This document shows positions 9,453 to 19,097 of a stretch of 64,000 nt of DNA, in pieces. Origin of the DNA: Thermoanaerobaculia bacterium (GTDB lineage: Bacteria; Acidobacteriota; Thermoanaerobaculia; Multivoradales; JAHEKO01); NCBI GenBank assembly GCA_947259195.1, contig CAMYLC010000067.1, positions 18,070 through 82,069 of the forward strand, read 5' to 3'. Position 1 is the first letter of the stretch, and the number at the start of each line of letters is the position of its first letter. Under the pieces are notes generated by a model. It worked only from the letters and a program-made list of their open reading frames with translations, ran no database searches and was not told the DNA's origin. The translations under genes and the position numbers were made by a program.

Positions 9453-10235
9453 GTGGTGGGTCCTCCAACCCCAAGCTCGCCGACGAACTTTCCAGTGACT
9501 TCGAAGTCTTCATGCAGGACTCTCGCCTTGGCGGTTTTCATGGCGACAATTCTGGTCTCGCCCGCGGTGGTGGCCAACGAATCGGGTCCGATAGTGACGG
9601 GTACCTTCACCCTGCAGCATCGGGCTGCATCGGAAGCCATCGATCTGATCCACCCCCTGCTCACAGCCCGAGGCGCCGTGGAGCTGCGCCCGGTAGACAA
9701 CACTCTGGTGATTCGAGACATATTCGAGACGGTCGACCGAGCCCTCGTGCTGCTCGCAGAGTTCGACCTTCCTGCGCCAACTCTCAGATTCGAGGTCCGC
9801 GTCGTTCGGGCGGGCCTGGACCGAACCGACAAGGCAAACCAGGTGGCCGAGGGCTTGCCGCCCCCACTCGTCGACCGGTTGCGGGAGTTGCTTCGCTACG
9901 AGAGTTTCGAGCTGCTTTCGGGAACCGACCTGGCGGCGCCCGAGAACCAGCAACTCGAAGCCTGGATCGGCGCCGATTTCCAGATCCGATTTCGAGTCGG
10001 CGTCGTGCAGGTCGACAGGCGGGTCAAACTGTATGGCTTCCAGGTGGCGCGTCGGGAACCGGACGGCGAGGTGGAAGTGTTGATTCACACTAATCTGAGC
10101 CTCTGGTTGGACAAACCGATGATCCTCGGCTTGGCGCGCACCGAATCGAGTGAACAAGCACTCATGGTCGTCATCCATTGCACCTATGAAAAGCCCCTGA
10201 ATAGGGCACGTGCGATGGCAGGCGACAGGGACTAG
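9453..10235 (+). CDS. Small secreted secretin-N (NolW-like) domain protein ('mini-secretin')
   Basis: 260-aa ORF with a GTG start and GGGAGG ~12 nt upstream. Signal-like segment LALAVFMATILVSPAVVA. The segment FTLQHRAASEAIDLIHPLLTARGAVELRPVDNTLVIRDIFETVDRALVLLAEFDLP matches the Secretin_N pattern. The C-terminal half is beta-rich. It lies directly upstream of gspF/gspE. Confidence 0.5.
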   Translation: MVGPPTPSSPTNFPVTSKSSCRTLALAVFMATILVSPAVVANESGPIVTGTFTLQHRAASEAIDLIHPLLTARGAVELRPVDNTLVIRDIFETVDRALVLLAEFDLPAPTLRFEVRVVRAGLDRTDKANQVAEGLPPPLVDRLRELLRYESFELLSGTDLAAPENQQLEAWIGADFQIRFRVGVVQVDRRVKLYGFQVARREPDGEVEVLIHTNLSLWLDKPMILGLARTESSEQALMVVIHCTYEKPLNRARAMAGDRD

Positions 10236-10253
10236 TAGGCGGCGAGGAAGAGA

Positions 10254-11468
10254 ATGCAGTTCCTTTGTAGAGTCGGCACATCGGACGGGCGCATCCTGGA
10301 GGACGTCTTCGAGGCGGCCGACGAGGCGACGCTGAGGCAGCAGCTTACCCAGCGTGGCTACCACCTGTTCGACCTACGCCGCCGTGGGGCTCTGGGCAAG
10401 CTGCGGCTGCCCGGCCGGAAGCGCACGGCAAGTCGGGTCAGCCCCAGGGCTTTGACCATCTTCAACCAGGAGCTGGCAGCCCTGCTGCGCTCGGGCCTGC
10501 CGATGATGCAAGCCCTGGATCTGGTGCTGGGGCGGCAGCGGGAACCGGTCTTCCAGGCCGCTTTACGTGACGTGCGGGACCGGGTGAAGGGCGGAGAGGA
10601 TCTATCCGCGGCCATCGGAGCCTTCGGCGACATGTTCCCTCCGCTCTACGCTGCAACGCTCCAAGCGGGCGAACGCAGCGGCGAGATGGAGCAGGTCATT
10701 CGCCGATTCATCCGGTATCAGCAACTGGTGACAGAGACTCGCAAGAGGATCGTCTCCGCCCTGGTCTATCCAGCTGCACTGGTTGGACTGTCGGTGGCCC
10801 TCATTGCAGTCATGATGATCTGGGTGATGCCCAGATTTACAGAGTTCTTTTCGAATCTACGGGTCGATCTGCCGCTGCTGACACGCCTGACCATGGGTCT
10901 CTCGCTCTTTGTCAAAGACAACTTCGGTTATCTGATCACCTTTCTGGTCGTGCTCGTCCTGGTCGGTGTCCGCATGAGCCGATCTCGATCCGGACGTGAT
11001 GCCATTTCGCGGCTGCAGCTGCGGATTCCGCTGCTCGGCCCTATCTTTCACCGTCTCGGACTGTCGGAGTTCTGTCGATCGTTGGCCACACTGCTGGCCG
11101 GCGGAATTCCAATCGTCGCGAGTCTCGAGGTGGCGGTTGGAGCGGTGAGCAATCCGTCCTTCAGACGGCGTCTGGAACCGGTGATCGACAATGTGCGTCA
11201 AGGCCAGTCCCTTTCCATCAGTCTGGATGAGGCCGGAGTCGGATCGGATATCGTCATCGACATGGTCGAGGTCGGGGAAGCCACTGGTTCGCTGGATTCC
11301 ATGCTGTCCGATGTGTCGGACTTCCTGGACGAGGAAGTGGAGACGAACCTGCAGCGCATACTGAGCCTGCTCGAGCCGGTGATGCTGGTGCTGATGGGGA
11401 TTATCGTGGCGACGCTGTTGATCTCGGTCTATCTGCCGCTGTTCAGTCTGCTCGGACAGGTGCAGTGA
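10254..11468 (+). CDS. gspF: Type II secretion / type IV pilus platform protein (GspF/PilC family)
   Basis: 404-aa ORF with a duplicated T2SF domain layout and three TM segments. Includes the conserved segment LATLLAGGIPIVASLE. Confidence 0.85.
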   Translation: MQFLCRVGTSDGRILEDVFEAADEATLRQQLTQRGYHLFDLRRRGALGKLRLPGRKRTASRVSPRALTIFNQELAALLRSGLPMMQALDLVLGRQREPVFQAALRDVRDRVKGGEDLSAAIGAFGDMFPPLYAATLQAGERSGEMEQVIRRFIRYQQLVTETRKRIVSALVYPAALVGLSVALIAVMMIWVMPRFTEFFSNLRVDLPLLTRLTMGLSLFVKDNFGYLITFLVVLVLVGVRMSRSRSGRDAISRLQLRIPLLGPIFHRLGLSEFCRSLATLLAGGIPIVASLEVAVGAVSNPSFRRRLEPVIDNVRQGQSLSISLDEAGVGSDIVIDMVEVGEATGSLDSMLSDVSDFLDEEVETNLQRILSLLEPVMLVLMGIIVATLLISVYLPLFSLLGQVQ

Positions 11469-11519
11469 TGCGGCCGCTGTGGGTGTATTGCATAGCAAGA
11501 GAAAGGTGAGAGTCGAGTC

Positions 11520-13166
11520 GTGAGCGCAGAGCGATCGGAAGAGGGCGCATCATTGGTGGAGCCGGCCGAAGGTCTGGGGACGAACCATCGCCGGGAGGAG
11601 CGTGAGGCGGTTGAGCTGGCCCGGAAGTACGGGCTGGAGCTGGTGGACATGGACCATTTCCGTATCGATAACGATCTTCTCCGGTCCATACCTTTCGACA
11701 CCATGCTGCGGTACAACTTCGTCCCCGAGGCCCAGCGGGATGGCCGTTTGATCATCGTGATGGTCGACCCCGTGGACATCACCAAGCTGGACGAGCTGGA
11801 GCTGCTGCTGGGCAAACCCATCGAGGCCAAGTTGGGTCGGCGCTCGGCGATCGAGGAGATCCTGAAGCGGTCCGAGGGTGCCCAACGCGTTCTCGATGAG
11901 GCATCCGAGGACTTCCGGCTGCAGCTGGTCCAGGAAGATGCGGCCGGTGACGAGGTCCTGTCCCTGGACAGCATTACGGCAGACGGCAGTCCCATCATCA
12001 AGCTGGTCGACTCGACGATCTTCAATGCCATCCAGCGTCGGGCGAGTGACATCCATATCGAGACTCGCGAGACCGAGGTGATCATCAAGTACCGCATCGA
12101 CGGGGTGCTCTACCAGGCTATGGAGCCCATCGACCGGCGGCACCATCAGACGATCATCAGCCGCGTCAAGGTGATGGCTGAGTTGGATATCGCCGAGAAG
12201 CGGATTCCGCAGGATGGTCGCTTCAAGCTACGTTTCGAAGGTCGAAATATCGACTTCCGCGTCTCTATCATGCCTTCGGTCCACGGCGAGGACGCAGTGA
12301 TCCGTATCCTCGACAAGGAGTCCATGAGCAAGGAGTTCCGGAGCCTGCGCCTCGACGTTCTGGGATTCGATCATGCGACGATCCACAAGATTCGGAAGTT
12401 CATTCGCGAGCCTTACGGCATGGTGTTGGTGACCGGGCCTACGGGCTCGGGAAAGACCACTACGCTGTACGCCTGCCTGTCGGAGATCCAGTCCTCGGAG
12501 GACAAGATCGTCACCATCGAGGATCCGGTGGAGTACCAGCTGCGTGGCGTGACTCAAATCCCGGTCAACGAGAAGAAGGGGCTGACCTTCGCTCGAGGCC
12601 TGCGCTCCATTCTGCGCCACGATCCCGACAAGATCATGGTGGGTGAGATCCGCGACGAGGAGACGGCCCAGATCGCTGTGCAGTCGGCCCTCACAGGGCA
12701 TCTGGTCTTCACTACCGTGCATGCCAACAACGTCGTGGACGTGCTGGGACGCTTCCTCAACATGAACGTCGATCTCTACAATTTCGTCTCGGCCCTCAAC
12801 TGCGTCTTGGCCCAGCGGCTGGTGCGCAACATTTGTCGGCATTGCAAGCGCGAGGTGCAGCCGTCGGAGGAGCTGCTCATGGAAAGTGGCCTCGACCCGG
12901 CGATCGTCAGCGATCTGACTTTCTTCGAGGGTGCAGGGTGCATCGAGTGCAGTGGGGCCGGTTTTCTGGGACGGACTGCCATCTCCGAGCTGTTGGATCT
13001 GTCTGATCATATTCGTGAGTTGATCCTGGAGCGGCGACCCGCGTCGGAGATCAAGCGGGCAGCCAAGGAAGAGGGCATGATCTTCTTGAGAGAGTCTGCC
13101 CTGCAGCGAGTTTTCGAGGGAGTGACCACACTGCGTGAGATCAACAAAGTTACCTTTGTGGAGTAG
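11520..13166 (+). CDS. gspE: Type II secretion / type IV pilus assembly ATPase (GspE/PilB family)
   Basis: 548-aa ORF. N-terminal T2SE_N-like domain, Walker A VTGPTGSGKTTTLYA, Walker B/Asp box IMVGEIRDEETA, tetracysteine motif CRHCK...CIECSGAGF. Confidence 0.9.
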   Translation: MSAERSEEGASLVEPAEGLGTNHRREEREAVELARKYGLELVDMDHFRIDNDLLRSIPFDTMLRYNFVPEAQRDGRLIIVMVDPVDITKLDELELLLGKPIEAKLGRRSAIEEILKRSEGAQRVLDEASEDFRLQLVQEDAAGDEVLSLDSITADGSPIIKLVDSTIFNAIQRRASDIHIETRETEVIIKYRIDGVLYQAMEPIDRRHHQTIISRVKVMAELDIAEKRIPQDGRFKLRFEGRNIDFRVSIMPSVHGEDAVIRILDKESMSKEFRSLRLDVLGFDHATIHKIRKFIREPYGMVLVTGPTGSGKTTTLYACLSEIQSSEDKIVTIEDPVEYQLRGVTQIPVNEKKGLTFARGLRSILRHDPDKIMVGEIRDEETAQIAVQSALTGHLVFTTVHANNVVDVLGRFLNMNVDLYNFVSALNCVLAQRLVRNICRHCKREVQPSEELLMESGLDPAIVSDLTFFEGAGCIECSGAGFLGRTAISELLDLSDHIRELILERRPASEIKRAAKEEGMIFLRESALQRVFEGVTTLREINKVTFVE

Positions 13167-13194
13167 AAGCCTCCTGGGCCTCGAGCCGGTGGCG

Positions 13195-14118
13195 ATGCCA
13201 CCGCATGTCTTCGCGCTGGATGGTGCGCGGCTCCGCTATGGTCGCTTTGTCGAAGGCGAGCAGAGCTGGAGCATGTCCGCCTACCGGCAGGTAGGGCTGG
13301 GTGAGGAGGCCTTCGTGCCGGGCCCTCTTGGCAGCAGCCTTCGTGATCCGGAGTGGTTTCGAGAGCCGCTGGCAGAGCTGCTGGGGACTCTGGACTCGCC
13401 GGTCATCGAAGCCTCCCTGGTGCTTCCAGATTCCTGGCTGCGGCTGGCCGTGGTCGAGATCGAGAAGCTGCCGAGGGGCGCCAAGGCGAGAGAGGAGATC
13501 TTGAGGTGGAAGCTGCAGCAGATCATCCCCTTCAAGGTGGAGGACCTGCGACTTCGCGAGATGGAGCTGGCCCAGTTGCAGAACCGTCAGGGTGCCAAGC
13601 GCGTCCTGATCGGCTTCGGGCTCGACCAGCCCCTGAGCCAAATCGAGGAGTTGTTCGCCGAGCAGGGAATCCGAATCGGCAATCTCGTAAACCAGAGTCT
13701 GGCCACGCTGAGTGCCGTGGGTCACAATCTGCGAAACGTGGAGCTCGGAGCCGTGGCCCTGCTGACCGACGATGGTTACAGCTTGTCGTTCACCTACCGC
13801 GGTGAGCCCCTGGTGCATCGCCACCGGCCGCTGGCCGGTCAGTCGATCGCCGAGCTGCCCGAGGCAATGGTGACCCGGGACCTCAACTTGACCCGGGTAT
13901 TTCTCGAGGAGCTGCTGGGCGATGTCGCGCTGGAGCGTGTCCTGCTCGTCGGTCCGGAAGAGTCCCTGGCGCCCTGGTCGAGTTGGTTGGAAGAGAGCTT
14001 CGGTTTCCCAGCCCTGCCCTTGGAAGCCCAACACCTGTCCCTCGCGGGAGACCTGTCCGGGGCTTTGATGCACGAATTGGCGCCGGTGCTCGGAGCCGCG
14101 GTCCAGAGGATCCCATGA
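13195..14118 (+). CDS. PilM/GspL-like inner-membrane assembly protein
   Basis: The ORF track gives 13135-14118. The ATG at 13195 avoids a 32-nt overlap with gspE. It sits directly before PilN/O/P-like genes, and the segment LVLPDSWLRLAVVEIEKLPRGAKAREEILRWKLQQIIPF resembles the PilM N-terminus. Assignment is mostly by position. Confidence 0.5.
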   Translation: MPPHVFALDGARLRYGRFVEGEQSWSMSAYRQVGLGEEAFVPGPLGSSLRDPEWFREPLAELLGTLDSPVIEASLVLPDSWLRLAVVEIEKLPRGAKAREEILRWKLQQIIPFKVEDLRLREMELAQLQNRQGAKRVLIGFGLDQPLSQIEELFAEQGIRIGNLVNQSLATLSAVGHNLRNVELGAVALLTDDGYSLSFTYRGEPLVHRHRPLAGQSIAELPEAMVTRDLNLTRVFLEELLGDVALERVLLVGPEESLAPWSSWLEESFGFPALPLEAQHLSLAGDLSGALMHELAPVLGAAVQRIP

Positions 14119-14807
14119 GGCCCACCAAGATGAATCTGGCCTCGAGGCCCTTCGTGAACGAGCAGCCGGTGATCCGCACGTCGGCGTTATTGTGGATCCT
14201 CGGCCTGGCCCTACTGGCGCTCAACGTCTCCTTGTACTACAGGCACATCGAAGGCACGGGCGAACAGCAGGAGTTGCTGCGGCAGGCGGACGAGCGCTTG
14301 ATCCAGGAGACCGACGCGATCGAGCAGCTGCGTGGCGAGTTGGCGCAGCTGAATCTCGCGGGGCAGAATGAGCAGGTGTCGTTTCTCAACACCCAGATCG
14401 CTCTGCGGACTTTCTCCTGGAGCTCCCTGTTCGATCGGTTGGCCGAGGTCGTGCCGGCGGCGATTCAGATGAAGGGAATCTCACCCAGAAGCGTGGCGGC
14501 CGGTTCCGCCGACCGTCGTAGCCGCTCGTCCGGGGCTGCCGAAGAGATGGTGAAGGTGGATCTACAGGGAACGAGCCGCAGCCCCGAGGCTATTCTGCAA
14601 TTGGTAGATGCCCTGTTCGCGCATCCCAGCTTCTTCGATCCGGATCTGACGCGGGAGTCTTTCGCCGAAGGGCAGGAAGGCAGTTTCGTCCTCTCCGTGC
14701 TGTACCTGCCGACTGTTGAAAACGAAGCCGAGCGTTTTGAGGTCGATGAAGAGGCTGGTCAGGCTCCGGTCGTAGAGAGCCTGGAGTCGATGGAGGGAGG
14801 CGAATGA
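14115..14807 (+). CDS. PilN-like bitopic assembly protein
   Basis: Internal ATG at 14115 forms an ATGA overlap with the upstream stop. N-terminus MNLASRPFVNEQ followed by one TM and then a coiled coil, which is the PilN/GspL-C layout. Confidence 0.55.
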   Translation: MRPTKMNLASRPFVNEQPVIRTSALLWILGLALLALNVSLYYRHIEGTGEQQELLRQADERLIQETDAIEQLRGELAQLNLAGQNEQVSFLNTQIALRTFSWSSLFDRLAEVVPAAIQMKGISPRSVAAGSADRRSRSSGAAEEMVKVDLQGTSRSPEAILQLVDALFAHPSFFDPDLTRESFAEGQEGSFVLSVLYLPTVENEAERFEVDEEAGQAPVVESLESMEGGE

Positions 14808-15406
14808 CCTCGTCGCAGGGTGCCTGGCGGGCGCGACTCAAGTTCTGGCTGCCGGCCCTGATTCTGGTTGGGCTGAACCTGGCGGTGCTCTCCACCTACC
14901 GCTTCCTGCTTGCCGGACAGGCACAAATCCAGGCCGGGAGGGTCGAGCGACGGCAGGCTCGGGTAGAGGAGCTCGAGGCGGATCGACTTGCCCTCGAAGA
15001 GATCTTGACCGAGGCCAAACGCAACCGGGAGCTCGTCGACCGGCTCTATAAGGAGTGGCTTGGTCCGGAGAGCCAGAGACTGACCGCGGTGATCGCGGAG
15101 GTGAAGAGACTGGCTCAGATGGCCGGTGTCGAGTACTCGAGCTTCAGCTATCCCGAAGAGCTGCTGGAGGATCGGGGACTGCTGAAGCGCTCACTCGTCT
15201 TTTCTGTGGAGGGCAGCTACCCCGAGCTGCGGAGTTTCATCAACCTCATCGAGGTCTCCGATCTGTTCCTCATCCTCGAATCGGTTCGGCTGAGCGGTGG
15301 GCCGCGCGATGGACCGTACATTCGGGTCTCGATGACGGTCTCGACTCTCTTCGTGCCGGATGAACGGGACGAGCTTGGGGGAGACCAGCCGGGAGTGTCG
15401 AGCTGA
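14804..15406 (+). CDS. PilO/GspM-like bitopic assembly protein
   Basis: 200-aa ORF with a 4-nt overlap to the upstream gene. Layout is one N-terminal TM, a coiled coil and a C-terminal alpha/beta domain. The call rests on position and architecture. Confidence 0.5.
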   Translation: MTSSQGAWRARLKFWLPALILVGLNLAVLSTYRFLLAGQAQIQAGRVERRQARVEELEADRLALEEILTEAKRNRELVDRLYKEWLGPESQRLTAVIAEVKRLAQMAGVEYSSFSYPEELLEDRGLLKRSLVFSVEGSYPELRSFINLIEVSDLFLILESVRLSGGPRDGPYIRVSMTVSTLFVPDERDELGGDQPGVSS

Positions 15407-16011
15407 TGAGCAAAGACCAGCGGCAGAAGCTGCTGTTGGGGGTGCTCCTGGTGCTCATGCTCGCCGCCGTATGGCGGCAATTCGGGCCGCGCATCACGGT
15501 AGGATCCGGATCGAGCGAGTCTGGCAATCGCGGTCAGGCTGCCGAGCGTGGGACGGTCCGATCGGTAGTCGAGTCGCCGGGAGTGGTCGAGTTGCGACTC
15601 GAGGACCTCGACAAGGTGGCGGGTCGATTCAGACCTGGCCGAGACCCTTTTCGATTCGGAGAATCCGGAGTGGCGGAAGCAGAACCTACCGAGGATGAGG
15701 ACGATGAGGCGGCGCGGGCGGCCGCAGCGCAGGAGGCTTTGCGGCGGGCCATGGAGGCGCAAAGACGTCAGGAGGCTGCCGTGTCCGGCAGGCCCGTGCT
15801 GCCGGATTTCGATTTGAAGTTCCTGGGCAGTTTCGGATCTCGACAGAAGCGCCTGGCGGTCTTCAGCGATGGGGTCGAGATTTTCAACGCTCTGGAGGGT
15901 GGGGTCTTGAAGGGTGATTTCGTGATCAGGCAGATCGGTTTGGAGTCCGTAGACGTCGGCTACCTCGACTATCCGGACGAACCCGCGATCCGTCTGGCGG
16001 CGGGAGGGTAG
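15406..16011 (+). CDS. PilP/GspC-like protein
   Basis: 201-aa ORF with an N-terminal TM, an RDPF motif, an acidic/Ala-rich linker and a C-terminal beta domain (LKFLGSFGSRQKRLAVFSDGVEIFNALEGGVL). It lies immediately upstream of the secretin. Confidence 0.4.
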   Translation: MSKDQRQKLLLGVLLVLMLAAVWRQFGPRITVGSGSSESGNRGQAAERGTVRSVVESPGVVELRLEDLDKVAGRFRPGRDPFRFGESGVAEAEPTEDEDDEAARAAAAQEALRRAMEAQRRQEAAVSGRPVLPDFDLKFLGSFGSRQKRLAVFSDGVEIFNALEGGVLKGDFVIRQIGLESVDVGYLDYPDEPAIRLAAGG

Positions 16012-16012
16012 T

Positions 16013-18586
16013 ATGCTGAAGGTGGTGAAGATGCCAAGCAACCATACTCGAAGACTCGCGGCTTTGGGTCTCGCGCTCTTGGTGGCGGCGTGCTCCGGCT
16101 ATCGAGACGCGCGGGATGCTCAGATAGCCGAGCAGAAGGGCGACTGGGATACGGCGGTGTTGCTATATCTCGAACTGGCGGACCAGCACCCCGGCAATGT
16201 CTCCTATCGAACGGGACTTCTGCGTGCCAAGATCAAGGCCTCCCAGATGCACTTCGAGCGCGGCAAGGATCTCTATGACGCGGGAGTGCTGGATCGGGCC
16301 ATTGAAGAGTACCGCCAGGCGGTTCAGCTCGATCCGAGCAATCAGTATGCACAAGTCGAGTTGGAAAAGGCCATCTACGCTCAGGCTAGAGCGCAAGAAG
16401 ACGGATCGCAGCCGGAAACCCTGGCCGAGATGAAGGAGAATATGCGGGGCAGCCGCGCCCAGCCGCCGGTGTTGAACCCTCGCTCCAACGAGCCGATCTC
16501 ACTAAGCTTTCCGAAACCGGTCAGCGTGACCAGTATCTACCGCGCTCTCGGCAGGGCCTTTGGCATCGATGTCCTGTTCGATCCCAAGATGAGGGAGCAA
16601 GAGATCAGCATCGAGTTGGAGGACGCTACGGCGCAGGAGGCCTTGGAAATCCTCATGCGGGCCTCCGGCCACTTCTACAAAGTCCTCAACGAGCAGTCGA
16701 TCATCGTCATCGAGGACAGTCCACAGAATCGGCGGGCCTATGAGGATCTCGTCATCCAGACGTTCTTCCTCTCCAATGCCGAGGTCAAAGACGTCATGAC
16801 AATGCTGCGCAGCCTGGTAGGGGCGAAGAGTGTCGCCGCCAACGACCAGCTCAACGCCATCGCGCTGCGCGACACGGCCGACAAGGTAAAGGTGGCCGAG
16901 AGCATCATCCGCACCAACGACAAGTCACGCGGCGAAGTTGTGGTAGACGTCGAGCTGCTTCAGATCAACACCAGCAAGCTGCAGGAGCTCGGGGTCCTGT
17001 TGACCGACTACACGATCACGCAATTTCTGGACCCGACGTTGCAGGTCGGGGACTCCGGAGCCTTCCGGGTGTCGGACCTGGAATTCATCAATCAGGGCGA
17101 CTGGCTGGTGACCATCCCGGGTTTCGTCTACGACTTCGTCAAGACCAGCACCGAGGCGCAGCTGCTGGCCAGTCCGCAGGTGCGAATCAGCGATGGCGAA
17201 CAGGCCACAGTCCACATCGGCGAACAGGTGCCCATACCGGTAACGACCTTCAATACTTCGGGCACCATCGGCGGCAACATCGTGCCGATCACCTCGTTTC
17301 AGTACCAGGACATCGGCATTCGTCTCGACATTCAGCCGCGCCTGCACCACAACAAGGAGATCACTCTCGAGCTCAAAGTCGAGGTGAGCAACATCTCCGG
17401 GTTCGTGACCGGCGTTGGAGATCAGCAGCAGCCGATCATCGGCACGCGCCGCGTCGAGTCCACGATCCGCCTGATGGACGGCGAGACCAACTTCCTCGCC
17501 GGGCTGATCCGCACCGACGAGACCGTGACCGACACCGGAATACCCGGACTGATGGACCTGCCACTGATCGGGCGGCTCTTCACGCACAAGAAGACCGACG
17601 CCAAACGCACCGACCTGATCCTGACATTGACCCCACACATCATCCGGACGCCGAATGTGGACGAGGAAGACTTGGCGCCAATCTGGGTCGGGACCGAGGC
17701 CAACATCACTTTCCGAGGCGGCAGTCCCCGGGTCGAGTCGGAGGTGGAGGGGCCCTTCGACGAAGGCGAGGACGAGGATGCCGAGCGGATCCGCGAAATG
17801 ATCCGCCGCCGCATACAGAATCTGCCGCGTGGCTTGCAGGATTCGGCAGGAGAAGGCGAGGATGGGGCCGAGGAGCCTTCCGAATCGATCGACTTGACGC
17901 CGTCCGCGGCTCCGGGCGACATCTTCGACGGCCCGTTGGACCGCGAGACCGGGGAGGGACCTCTGGGTGACGATCCACTTGACGAGCCACCGAACAACGA
18001 CCTGGCCTCGAGGTCCTCGCTGACGTGGCCCACGCCGACGATGCTGTCTGTGGCTCTTCAGGTCGAAGGAGACGGACAGGTCGAGGACGCCGAGAAGGGG
18101 CCTCCCAAGGTGGAGCTCGAGCTCCAGCCAACCCGACCGCTGGTGGCGCCGGGCGCGACGTTCGAAGTGCAGCTCGTAGCGAGCGCCAAGGTACCGGTCT
18201 CGCATCTGCCGGTGACCCTGGTCTTCGATCCACGGGTTCTGGAAGTGATCCACGTCCAACGGGGAGGTTTTCTGGGTGCCGCGGGTCAGGCGAAGTTCAT
18301 GGCTGACTCTTCCAGCCCGGGGCGCATCGTGCTGGGAGCCAGTCGCGTTGGGCAGCAACCCGGGGTCACCGGCAATGGCCTCGTCGCCAGCCTGCGGTTC
18401 CGGGCCCTGGAGGCAGGTCAGACCAGTCTGAGCTTCGAGAAGGGCCGGGCCCTGGACAAGCGACTGAAGCCGATCACCCCCATTGGCAGGGCCCAGGCCG
18501 TGATTCGGGTCTCGGGAACCGCCAAAAGGAGAGATCCTGCCGAGAGGCCGACCAGGCCAGACGACTCCTCAACGCCCCCCGGCTAG
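16013..18586 (+). CDS. Secretin (GspD/PilQ family) with N-terminal lipobox + TPR region and C-terminal cohesin-like domain
   Basis: 857-aa ORF. Lipobox LLVAAC, then TPR-like helices (aa ~30-130) and NolW-like N-domains. Secretin core includes LLASPQVRISDGEQATVHIGEQVPIP and GIPGLMDLPLIGRLFTHKKTDAKRTDLILTLTPHII. An acidic linker follows, then a ~140-aa C-terminal beta domain with a cohesin-like pattern. Confidence 0.85.
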   Translation: MLKVVKMPSNHTRRLAALGLALLVAACSGYRDARDAQIAEQKGDWDTAVLLYLELADQHPGNVSYRTGLLRAKIKASQMHFERGKDLYDAGVLDRAIEEYRQAVQLDPSNQYAQVELEKAIYAQARAQEDGSQPETLAEMKENMRGSRAQPPVLNPRSNEPISLSFPKPVSVTSIYRALGRAFGIDVLFDPKMREQEISIELEDATAQEALEILMRASGHFYKVLNEQSIIVIEDSPQNRRAYEDLVIQTFFLSNAEVKDVMTMLRSLVGAKSVAANDQLNAIALRDTADKVKVAESIIRTNDKSRGEVVVDVELLQINTSKLQELGVLLTDYTITQFLDPTLQVGDSGAFRVSDLEFINQGDWLVTIPGFVYDFVKTSTEAQLLASPQVRISDGEQATVHIGEQVPIPVTTFNTSGTIGGNIVPITSFQYQDIGIRLDIQPRLHHNKEITLELKVEVSNISGFVTGVGDQQQPIIGTRRVESTIRLMDGETNFLAGLIRTDETVTDTGIPGLMDLPLIGRLFTHKKTDAKRTDLILTLTPHIIRTPNVDEEDLAPIWVGTEANITFRGGSPRVESEVEGPFDEGEDEDAERIREMIRRRIQNLPRGLQDSAGEGEDGAEEPSESIDLTPSAAPGDIFDGPLDRETGEGPLGDDPLDEPPNNDLASRSSLTWPTPTMLSVALQVEGDGQVEDAEKGPPKVELELQPTRPLVAPGATFEVQLVASAKVPVSHLPVTLVFDPRVLEVIHVQRGGFLGAAGQAKFMADSSSPGRIVLGASRVGQQPGVTGNGLVASLRFRALEAGQTSLSFEKGRALDKRLKPITPIGRAQAVIRVSGTAKRRDPAERPTRPDDSSTPPG

Positions 18587-18597
18587 TCGGTTGGTGG

Positions 18598-19095
18598 ATG
18601 GAGCACCAAGAGATGTCCAGCGTCAGATCGCGGTTCGGCGTGCACTTGAGTCTTGGCTACACCATGGTCGAGCTGGTAGTCGTCTGCTCGGTATTGGTCA
18701 TCCTCGCCGCGGTCGCCCTGCCCACCGCCAAGCACTCCATCAAGCGCGGCAAGGAAATAGAGTTGCGCCAGGCTCTGCGCCAGATGCGCAACGCGATTGA
18801 CGAGTTCAAACGATACAGCGACGCGGGACTGATTGCCGTGGAGCTCACCACCGACGGCTACCCGGCAGAGTTGGAGCTCCTGGTGGAGGGTGTCGCGGTC
18901 GTGGGTCAGATCGACAAGTCGGTCAGATTTCTACGTCGCATACCGGTGGATCCCATGACCGGGGAGGCCGAATGGGGCCTGAGGAGCTATCAGGACGACT
19001 TCGATTCAGGTTCCTGGGGGGGCGAGAACGTATTCGACGTCTATTCGCTGAGCGAGGGGGTGGGCCTCGACGGAGTGCCCTATCAGGAGTGGTGA
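18598..19095 (+). CDS. Prepilin-type N-terminal cleavage/methylation pseudopilin
   Basis: 165-aa ORF. Class III signal G|YTMVE with Glu at +5, followed by a hydrophobic helix. Ends in PYQEW. Confidence 0.75.
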   Translation: MEHQEMSSVRSRFGVHLSLGYTMVELVVVCSVLVILAAVALPTAKHSIKRGKEIELRQALRQMRNAIDEFKRYSDAGLIAVELTTDGYPAELELLVEGVAVVGQIDKSVRFLRRIPVDPMTGEAEWGLRSYQDDFDSGSWGGENVFDVYSLSEGVGLDGVPYQEW

Positions 19096-19097
19096 AG

